Of a DNA stretch of 64,000 nt, positions 13,642-21,136 are shown one piece after another. The stretch is taken from the NCBI GenBank assembly GCA_022819855.1, contig JAJEGN010000005.1, forward strand, positions 261,724 to 325,723. The letters are read 5' to 3'. Source of the stretch: Gammaproteobacteria bacterium (GTDB lineage: Bacteria > Pseudomonadota > Gammaproteobacteria > Steroidobacterales > Rariloculaceae). Position 1 is the stretch's first letter. Each line of letters begins with the position of its first letter. The position numbers and the translations under genes were made by a program. The notes beneath the pieces are model-generated. The model was not told the DNA's origin and made no database searches. It saw only the letters and a list, made by a program, of their open reading frames with translations.

Positions 13642-13670
13642 GTTAGCACTCACCGCGTTAGAGTGCTAAC
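13642..13670. repeat. perfect 10-bp inverted repeat (GTTAGCACTC-N9-GAGTGCTAAC) in the ftsX-rpoH intergenic region
   Basis: Read directly: 13642-13651 is the reverse complement of 13661-13670. No T-tract follows on the minus strand, so it is not a canonical intrinsic terminator. Confidence 0.6.
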
Positions 13671-13686
13671 AACCTGGTTGGTTCCC
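13658..13686 (-). promoter_or_regulatory. candidate sigma-E (RpoE/AlgU)-type promoter for rpoH
   Basis: Minus strand reads GGAACC-N17-TCTAA about 60 nt upstream of the rpoH ATG, close to the GGAACTT-N16-TCTGA/TCAAA extracytoplasmic-sigma consensus. rpoH is a known sigma-E target in E. coli. Confidence 0.4.
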
Positions 13687-13702
13687 GGTCGCGCACCTGT
13701 GG

Positions 13703-14692
13703 TCAGGTGGGTTCGATTGCCCGCAGATGCCGCGCGGAGGCGATCCAGGCGCCTGCCCAGCCGAGTGCGGCGCCGCCGCCGAGGAGAACCAGCGTGTCGC
13801 GCCGGCCGAGTCCCATGAGCGTGTAGACGCTCGCATAGAGTTCGGCAAGAGCCCGGACCGGCGCCTCGAGCAGCGCAAGCGCGGCTGCGACCAGCAGGGC
13901 CGCGACGAGCGCGCCGGCGAGCCCGTAGCAGAAGCCGAGATAGAGGAAGGGCCTGCGTATGAAGCCGTCGCTGCCGCCGACGAGTTTCATGACCTCGATT
14001 TCGGTGCTGCGGTTGTTGATCTCGAGCCTGATCGTGTTGCCGATCACGAGGACGACCGCGAGCGCGACGAGCGCCGAGACGATGTCGACGGTGCGTTCGA
14101 CGAGTTCGAGCATGGCCCTGAGTCGCGCGACCCACTCCGTGTCGAGTTGCACAAGAGCCGTTTCCCCGAGTGCGTCCAGCGATTCGGCCAGCGTCTCCAT
14201 CGCATTGACGGCGGTCTGGCCGGGCCTCACGACCAGCGCGTGCGGCAGCGGATTGTCCTCGAGCGCGTCGAGGGCTTCGCCGAAGCCCGATTGGCTCCGA
14301 AACTCCTCGAGCGCATCGGCGCGGTTGATGAATTCCACCTGATCGACGTCGGCTCGGGTGGCGATTTCGCTTGCAAGCTCGCGCGCCCGCTCTTCGGACA
14401 CGGCATCGTCGAGATAGACGGTGAAGTCCGCGGCGCCTTCCCAGGAACCGCTGAGCGCACCGACATTCGCCAGGAATACGCGCATTCCCGCCGGCAGGGC
14501 GAGGGCGATCGCGATGACGAGCACGGTCAGCAGGCTGCCGAGCGGGTAACGCAAGAGCCGGCTGACCGCGCCGCTCAGGTTCTGTGCGTGCAGGCGGAAG
14601 TAACGTGCCGCGGCCTCAATCACGGTATCGCGTTCCGTGGCGGCCGGTGAGGGTCGGGTCTGGCGTTGCCGGCCGACGGGCAGCCGAACCAT
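13703..14692 (-). CDS. ftsX: cell-division ABC transporter permease-like protein FtsX
   Basis: 329 aa with four TM helices and a large periplasmic loop, downstream of ftsE. The annotated start overlaps the ftsE 3' end by 77 nt, so the true start may be further downstream. Confidence 0.88.
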   Translation of the reverse strand: MVRLPVGRQRQTRPSPAATERDTVIEAAARYFRLHAQNLSGAVSRLLRYPLGSLLTVLVIAIALALPAGMRVFLANVGALSGSWEGAADFTVYLDDAVSEERARELASEIATRADVDQVEFINRADALEEFRSQSGFGEALDALEDNPLPHALVVRPGQTAVNAMETLAESLDALGETALVQLDTEWVARLRAMLELVERTVDIVSALVALAVVLVIGNTIRLEINNRSTEIEVMKLVGGSDGFIRRPFLYLGFCYGLAGALVAALLVAAALALLEAPVRALAELYASVYTLMGLGRRDTLVLLGGGAALGWAGAWIASARHLRAIEPT

Positions 14693-15359
14693 CCGCGGCG
14701 AATCCGTCGGCGGAAATCTCCCCCGCGACGAGCCGGATCGTTCGATGCCCGAGATGTTCCACGAGCTTCAGATCGTGCGTCGCGATCAACAGTGTCACGC
14801 CCACGTCGTTGAAGCGCTCGAGCAGGCGCATGATCTCGAGGGAGAGTTCCGGGTCGAGGTTCCCGGTCGGTTCGTCCGCGATGACGACATCGGGACGGCT
14901 TGCGACCGCGCGCGCGATGCCGACGCGCTGCTGTTCGCCCGTGGAGAGCGTGATCGGTTCGTGCTGTTCGCGGCCTCGCAGTCCCACCTGGTCGAGCGCA
15001 GCCCGGACACGCCGGCCGGTCTCGCGCGGCGCGAAGCCCGCGATCACGAGCGGTAGGGCGACGTTCTCGAAGACGCTGCGGTCGTGCAGCAGCTTGTGAT
15101 CCTGAAAGACGACGCCGATGCGGCGGCGGAAGCCGGGGATGCGGCGGCGCGAAACTCCCGCGGTGTTCCGGCTGTTGACGATCACGGCGCCGCGCGTGGG
15201 CCGCTCGATCAGGGCGACGAGCTTCAGAAGCGTGCTCTTGCCGGCACCCGACGGGCCGGTCAGGAACGCCATCTCCCCGCGTTCCAGTGCGAAGCTGATG
15301 CCGCTCAGCGCCTCGCGCCCGTTCGGGTAACGCTTGTAGACATCCTCGAAGCGAATCAT
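14616..15359 (-). CDS. ftsE: cell-division ATP-binding protein FtsE
   Basis: MIRFEDVYKRYPNG start, Walker A GPSGAGKST, signature LSTGEQQRV, Walker B VVIADEPTGNLD. Carries a C-terminal tail of roughly 25 aa beyond what I recall as the usual length. Confidence 0.93.
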   Translation of the reverse strand: MIRFEDVYKRYPNGREALSGISFALERGEMAFLTGPSGAGKSTLLKLVALIERPTRGAVIVNSRNTAGVSRRRIPGFRRRIGVVFQDHKLLHDRSVFENVALPLVIAGFAPRETGRRVRAALDQVGLRGREQHEPITLSTGEQQRVGIARAVASRPDVVIADEPTGNLDPELSLEIMRLLERFNDVGVTLLIATHDLKLVEHLGHRTIRLVAGEISADGFAADGSAARRPATPDPTLTGRHGTRYRD

Positions 15360-15417
15360 ACGGGGTCGTCTCCGATCTTCGCGTCACCGACAGCGGTGCT
15401 GTCGTCCTCCAGGCAAA

Positions 15418-16356
15418 TCATGCGGCGCCGTCTCCGATCAGCGCATCCGCGAACTCACGGGCATTGAAAGCCGCGAAATCCTCGATGGCTTCACCGATTC
15501 CCACGAAGCGGATCGGCAAGCCCAGCTTGCGGGCGATCGCGATCACGATACCGCCCTTGGCCGTGCCGTCGAGTTTCGTGATCGCAATTCCGGTGACGCC
15601 GAGCGCGGCGTTGAACCGTTCTGCCTGCACGAGCGCGTTTTGTCCCTGGCTCGCATCGAGTACGAGCAGGGTCTCGTGCGGCGCGTCCGGATCGAAGCGC
15701 GCGACCACGCGGCGAATCTTCGCAAGCTGGTCCATGAGGCCCGCGTCGGTATGCAGGCGGCCGGCAGTATCGGCGATGACCACGTCGGCGCCGCGCGCCC
15801 TCGCTGCCGAGAGCGCATCGTGGACCACGGCCGCCGGGTCGGCCCGGTCGGCCTGGCTTACCACCGTGGCGCCGGCGCGCAGTCCCCACTCGTCGAGTTG
15901 CTCGACCGCGGCCGCGCGAAACGTATCTGCTGCAGCGATCACGACCGAGCGTCCTTCCGCGGCAAAGCGGTGTGCAAGCTTGCCGACGGTGGTCGTCTTG
16001 CCGGTCCCGTTGACGCCGACAGTGAGGATCACGAAGGGCTTCGCGCCGTTCGGGACGGTGAGCGGCAGGGCGAGCGGATCGAGCAGTTCGACGATCGTCG
16101 TGCGCAGCACTTCGACGCCGTCCTTGCCGTTTCTGGCGGACCGATCAACGGCATCGATGAGCGAGCGCGTCGCCTCGACGCCGACATCGGCGAGCAGCAG
16201 TTCCGTCTCGAGCGCTTCGAGCGTTTCGTCGTCGATCGCGCCGGCGAATAGCGTCGGCAAGTCGCCGGACAGCCACGCCTTGCCGCGGTTGAGGCGGGAC
16301 TTGAGCCTGCCGAAGAATCCGCTGTCGTCTGGAGATATCGAGCCGCTGGCCACCAA
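15418..16356 (-). CDS. ftsY: signal recognition particle receptor FtsY
   Basis: SRP-GTPase motifs GVNGTGKTTT, DTAGR, TKLDG. Confidence 0.93.
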   Translation of the reverse strand: MVASGSISPDDSGFFGRLKSRLNRGKAWLSGDLPTLFAGAIDDETLEALETELLLADVGVEATRSLIDAVDRSARNGKDGVEVLRTTIVELLDPLALPLTVPNGAKPFVILTVGVNGTGKTTTVGKLAHRFAAEGRSVVIAAADTFRAAAVEQLDEWGLRAGATVVSQADRADPAAVVHDALSAARARGADVVIADTAGRLHTDAGLMDQLAKIRRVVARFDPDAPHETLLVLDASQGQNALVQAERFNAALGVTGIAITKLDGTAKGGIVIAIARKLGLPIRFVGIGEAIEDFAAFNAREFADALIGDGAA

Positions 16357-16430
16357 AACGACCTTGACGAAGTGGAGGGCGCGCGCCGGCCGTCATGCGC
16401 CGACCGGTACGATTATACGTCCGGTCAGGG

Positions 16431-17882
16431 TCACTCGAAGCTGAATATGTCCTCTTCCTCAGGACGCTGCATGCCCTCCTCGTGGTGACGTTCCCAGATC
16501 TGCGCCCAGGGGCGCCCGAACGTGTCCGGGAGCGTGTACTGGAACGTCTGGTTCGGTGCGATCGGCGTCGCGACCCCTTCGACCGGAAAGATCTGCGGGA
16601 CGCACTCCATATACAGGAACGGATCGCCTTCGTTGAGCTCGAACTGCTTGTCGAGGAAGTGGACGATGCGCACCGGTTCGACGAAGACTTCCTCGTCATA
16701 GAGCACGATTTCGTGCCGCAGGCCGATGAATTCGCCGTTCGCATTCTCTCGCGGCGTGTAGACCTCGATCGTCTGCAGCCGGTTGCTGAACTCGTGTTGC
16801 CCGTGTGAGATCCAGCCCTGGATGTTCGAAGTCCACGTGATGAGCGCTTCGCCGTCCCAGAAACCGATCGTGTCGCCGAACCACTGCGGCACGTCGGCGC
16901 CGAGCCTCGGGACGACGCCTGTCTCGTCGAACTCGCGGCCGATGTGGATCTGCGTGATGAGCGTCTTCGCGGCATTCCGAATGTCGAGAATGAGTTCCGG
17001 CGTCATGACGAAGCTGGACTGGCCCCCGCCGTATTGGGAAATGCGGCGCATGTACCCTTCGGGCCAGCAATACGAGCCCGGCCACTGCGCCGAGTTGTTG
17101 CCGGAGTAGTGGTACATCTGCTGGACCAGGCGCCGCTGGTATTCGGGGGTCAGCAGCGAAAGATACGTGGGAATCTGCAGGACGGCCCCGTAGATCCAGC
17201 TTGCGGTCTTCTCGCGCTGGCGCACGTAGCGGCCGTTCCAGTCGGGCAGCGTCGCCTGCGTGTATTGCGTGGGTCCGCCGCGTTCGCGCGTCTCGGCAAG
17301 CAGTGCCCGATAGTGCTCCCCGGCGGTTGCGAATCCGTACGGGCTCACGATCTCCTCGCGCGGGTAGTCGCGCTCGCAATAGCCCCAGGCCGCCGATGCC
17401 GGGGGATCGTCGCCGATCAACGGAACTTCGTACGCGCCCCAGATCTGTTCGAGCCCCACTGTCGAGTTGCAGCGGTAGTAGCGCGGATCCGACCAGAGCG
17501 CCTCGTCCAGGTAGAAATCGTCGGTCGTGAAGATGTCGACCGGCAGCGCTTCGACGCCGGCGGGCGTTGCGCCGTCACGCGCGGCGTAGACCGGTATGTT
17601 GTCGTCGGGAATCCCTGCCCCGGTGAAATAGCCCTTGCCTTCGGAACCGACGATGACATCCACCCGAAGTGGGTCCGGAGCGCCTCTGCCCACGCTTGTC
17701 TGGGACCAGCCCGCCGGCATGGCCGCGAGAAATGCTGCGGTAGCCAGGCTCGCGACCAATGCCGTGCGCCGGTGCGAGTTCGCGTTGCGCCGGCAATTCG
17801 CCGGATCACCGGACGAATTCGGCCACCAGCTTGGCGCGGTGGGGCTCTTGCCAAGGGCGGCCGGACTTCTATCATTCAACAT
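16431..17882 (-). CDS. exported protein of unknown function (about 483 aa)
   Basis: Start set at the ATG at 17880-17882, preceded by GAGGAGG. Signal-like N-terminus with RR (SHRRTALVASLATAAFLAAMPAGW). No motif I can assign. Confidence 0.7.
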   Translation of the reverse strand: MLNDRSPAALGKSPTAPSWWPNSSGDPANCRRNANSHRRTALVASLATAAFLAAMPAGWSQTSVGRGAPDPLRVDVIVGSEGKGYFTGAGIPDDNIPVYAARDGATPAGVEALPVDIFTTDDFYLDEALWSDPRYYRCNSTVGLEQIWGAYEVPLIGDDPPASAAWGYCERDYPREEIVSPYGFATAGEHYRALLAETRERGGPTQYTQATLPDWNGRYVRQREKTASWIYGAVLQIPTYLSLLTPEYQRRLVQQMYHYSGNNSAQWPGSYCWPEGYMRRISQYGGGQSSFVMTPELILDIRNAAKTLITQIHIGREFDETGVVPRLGADVPQWFGDTIGFWDGEALITWTSNIQGWISHGQHEFSNRLQTIEVYTPRENANGEFIGLRHEIVLYDEEVFVEPVRIVHFLDKQFELNEGDPFLYMECVPQIFPVEGVATPIAPNQTFQYTLPDTFGRPWAQIWERHHEEGMQRPEEEDIFSFE

Positions 17883-18191
17883 GGCAGCCTCCTCGCGGGT
17901 AACGTGGTTCCATACGACGCGCGAGAACATCGTATGTCAATTCCGAGCGATACATTTGGTTGCGTCCACAAGAATTACCGGCAGCAACAGTTTGCACGGC
18001 GGCCTCGGAATCGGGCGGCGCGCGCATTCGAACTACTGGAAAGGTCGCATTGATGTCTCAAAATTGCCGAGAACGTCCCGGTTTCCGGATCGACAGGCAG
18101 GCATGCCCTGTGCCACGCTTGTTGGCGACGTCCCGGCATTTTTGCGAATCATTCGATCGCGACTCGCATTGCGCAACGGAGGAAGTATCGG

Positions 18192-18785
18192 ATGCAGGAC
18201 AACAAGGCACTGCGCCGCGTCGTTGAATCCGGGGTCTTCGCATGGCCTTGGTCCGAACAACGCGGTCTGCTGATCATTCGCGGCGCGGCAGGCGGCGGTG
18301 GCGGCGGCGGCGGTGCGTTCTGTCTCGAGGAGTTGAATGTATACGGTGCGGGCGGCGGCGGTGGCGGCGGTGGCGGCGCGCCAACCAGCGTGAAACATGG
18401 AGACCGAACCTATCAGGCCGCGGGTGGCAGCGGAGGCGGCGGCGGCGGTGGTGGTGGTCTTCACGAGGGGAAGCCTGTCACTGGGTCACCGGGGCAAGGA
18501 TGCCACTACGGCGACGGCGGCAACGGAGGGCGCGGGGCAGTTGCGCCTTCGACCGATGGTCGCCTCACGGCGGACGGTGGCCACGGCGGCAAGGGCTTCC
18601 CCGGAGAAACGCGGATTGTCGAGATTTCAGATTTGTCCATCGATGACGAATTCGAGGTCAGAATTGGCAGGAGTGGCGGTGGCGGAGGCGGTGGCAAGGG
18701 CTTTGAGGCAGGCGATGCCGGTGTTGCAGGCGCCCATGGTTTCGTGCTGTTTGTGCCGTTGATTTCCGTTGGCGGAGAGCGATAG
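18192..18785 (+). CDS. glycine-rich protein (197 aa) with four poly-Gly runs; unknown function
   Basis: GGAGGA Shine-Dalgarno at 18177-18182. G8, G9, GGSG9 and G7 runs plus GGNGG and GGHGG motifs, bracketed by beta-strand-like segments (GLLIIRGAAGGGG, HGFVLFVPL). Stop overlaps the next start (TAGTG). Confidence 0.7.
   Translation: MQDNKALRRVVESGVFAWPWSEQRGLLIIRGAAGGGGGGGGAFCLEELNVYGAGGGGGGGGGAPTSVKHGDRTYQAAGGSGGGGGGGGGLHEGKPVTGSPGQGCHYGDGGNGGRGAVAPSTDGRLTADGGHGGKGFPGETRIVEISDLSIDDEFEVRIGRSGGGGGGGKGFEAGDAGVAGAHGFVLFVPLISVGGER
18291..18695 (+). repeat. four imperfect (GGN)n simple-sequence tracts encoding poly-Gly
   Basis: Tracts at 18291-18314, 18351-18377, 18423-18458 and 18675-18695, mostly GGC/GGT/GGA codons. 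Confidence 0.9.
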
Positions 18786-19492
18786 TGCTGTCGGAGCATG
18801 CAGAAGCCGGAAAAGCTGGCGGGCTGGACGGTCTGTCGGCGGCGATGGAGGCGGTGGATTTGAAACAACCTGACGTTCGAGGGGATGGATCTCTTCTGAT
18901 TGACGAAGACTGTCGCCCACCGAAAATGGTTTGGAATCCGCGTCGTCATGGCGGATTCAATTTTTCCAGTCGGGATGATGACACACTCGAAGCTACAACC
19001 CGTTCCCTGGAGAAACTCAACTCCCAGGCAATCGCGTTGCGTGGTTCAGCTAGCTCAGTAATAGGTACGACGAGTCTTCGACGTTCCGCCGCGGCTCCGG
19101 CATCTGATTCGGAAGACATGGCGCGGCATGCGCGCGCCAAACACGATTCCTATCTGGAGCGCATGAAGCTGCTGCAGGAAGAAGCGCGCCACGATGGCTA
19201 CACGCTGAATTTTGCCTCCGAAATCGATTTCAGGCAGTTTATCGAGTCCGCTCCGAATATGCGGCGCGGCAACCTGGTGCTCATGGATAACGGCAATCTG
19301 AGAGCAATATGGAAGGATGAACGCGGAACGCATCTGGGCCTGCAGTTTCTTGGCGGCAGAATGGTGCAATACGTCATTTTCAAGCAGCGCGAGCAAGGGC
19401 CACGAATTTCGAGGGTAACCGGACGGGATACCTTGGAAGGGATAGAGCAACAGATCGGCGCGTTCGAACTACATTCATTGGTTTATGTATGA
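18785..19492 (+). CDS. hypothetical protein (235 aa), middle gene of the three-gene cassette
   Basis: GTG start overlapping the upstream TAG; stop overlaps the next ATG (ATGA). Hand-counted GC about 47-48% in two 60-nt lines. No recognisable motif. The start is uncertain (in-frame Met at residue 21). Confidence 0.6.
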   Translation: MLSEHAEAGKAGGLDGLSAAMEAVDLKQPDVRGDGSLLIDEDCRPPKMVWNPRRHGGFNFSSRDDDTLEATTRSLEKLNSQAIALRGSASSVIGTTSLRRSAAAPASDSEDMARHARAKHDSYLERMKLLQEEARHDGYTLNFASEIDFRQFIESAPNMRRGNLVLMDNGNLRAIWKDERGTHLGLQFLGGRMVQYVIFKQREQGPRISRVTGRDTLEGIEQQIGAFELHSLVYV

Positions 19493-19947
19493 AGGGCGAC
19501 GATCTGCCGGAAGGCGACCAGATTGTCCGCTACGTCAAGCCGAGCATGGTTCGGGATGATGGAACGGCTGACGGTTCGGACTTTCGTTTGCGCTCCGGCA
19601 GACCGGACGAGACCGGACTGTCCGTCAATTGGCTTGATGCCTTCGAGCCCGGCAAGAACCATCAGTTGAGCGAGGTTCGACGTTTGTCCCGCCTTCGTTT
19701 ACGGGCAAGCGGGCGCTTTGCGGAAATGAACGTCGGCACGGTCGTTCGCCAGGTTGCCGAGGAGTTGGACTCGTTGCGAATCGTCCACGACCCCCTTCAG
19801 GCAACCGGAGATTACGATGCCGATCCATCGCATTCGGACATTGTGGGTCTGCCGCCGGGCGATACCGATGACGCCATGCTGATAGGCGATTTGATCGCGG
19901 CGTGTGTGATCGCAATGCATCCGGTGATCGTCGCGCATACGGATTGA
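19489..19947 (+). CDS. hypothetical protein (152 aa), third gene of the cassette
   Basis: ATGA overlap with the upstream gene and a TGATG junction with rsmD. Conserved-looking blocks IVRYVKPS, ETGLSVNWLD and DPSHSDIVGLP; family not named. Confidence 0.65.
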   Translation: MKGDDLPEGDQIVRYVKPSMVRDDGTADGSDFRLRSGRPDETGLSVNWLDAFEPGKNHQLSEVRRLSRLRLRASGRFAEMNVGTVVRQVAEELDSLRIVHDPLQATGDYDADPSHSDIVGLPPGDTDDAMLIGDLIAACVIAMHPVIVAHTD

Positions 19948-20513
19948 TGCGCCTGCGCGTCATCGCCGGCGCTTGGCGCGGCAGGCGACTGCGTTTCCCC
20001 GCCGGAACGACCGTTCGTCCGACCGCCGATCGCGTTCGGGAGACGCTGTTCAACTGGCTCGGCGAGCGGATCGAAGGGGCGCGGTGCCTCGACCTCTTCG
20101 CGGGCACGGGGATGCTGGGACTCGAGGCCCTGTCGCGCGGGGCAGGCGAGGTCTGGTTCGTCGAGCGCGATCGGAAGCTCGCCCGGCATCTCGGCGAGCA
20201 GCTCCGGATGCTGGGAGGGAACGGCCGAGTCCTGTGCGAGGATGTCGATGCGTTTCTGCGCCGAACGGCTGAGTCGCCATTCGACATCGTCTTCATCGAT
20301 CCGCCCTACGCGACTCCCGTCGATGCGGTGATCGGTGGGCTGGCGCCGGTCATGGCGCCCGACGCGCTGCTGTACCTCGAACGGGCCGCGAGCGACGGGC
20401 TGCCCGAGTCGGCGGCGCTGCGCTGGCAAAAAACCGGCCGCGCCGGCGCCGTCCGCTTCGGTCTCGCGCGGCTCGCGGCTTCTTCCGAACGGCTCCCCAG
20501 CGCCGGCACGTGA
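19947..20513 (+). CDS. rsmD: 16S rRNA (guanine966-N2)-methyltransferase
   Basis: MRLRVIAGAWRGRRL N-terminus, SAM motif DLFAGTGMLGLEALSRGA, DPPY motif. Start chosen at the ATG at 19947 rather than the GTG at 19902. Confidence 0.9.
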   Translation: MRLRVIAGAWRGRRLRFPAGTTVRPTADRVRETLFNWLGERIEGARCLDLFAGTGMLGLEALSRGAGEVWFVERDRKLARHLGEQLRMLGGNGRVLCEDVDAFLRRTAESPFDIVFIDPPYATPVDAVIGGLAPVMAPDALLYLERAASDGLPESAALRWQKTGRAGAVRFGLARLAASSERLPSAGT

Positions 20514-20598
20514 CAGCTCCCCGGGAAACCCGACCCTGTTCAGGCATGGCACGGTTCCCCAGGCGCCTGCCGGGCGCATGCGGAGCGCCGTAAGGTAG

Positions 20599-21111
<513 letters not shown>

Positions 21112-21136
21112 ACCTGCCATACAGCAAGGGAAAGCA

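Noticed and set aside
18033-18464. 143-aa minus-strand ORF with poly-Ala runs opposite the poly-Gly gene
   Set aside because: It is the antisense reading of the GGC repeats (GCC = Ala). It has no ribosome-binding site, whereas the plus-strand gene has GGAGGA and is translationally coupled to downstream genes.
18291-18695. Short GC-rich repeats that might have been a CRISPR-like or VNTR array
   Set aside because: The repeats are trinucleotide (GGN)n tracts in a single coding frame. There are no spacers and no repeat unit of CRISPR size (roughly 24-48 bp).
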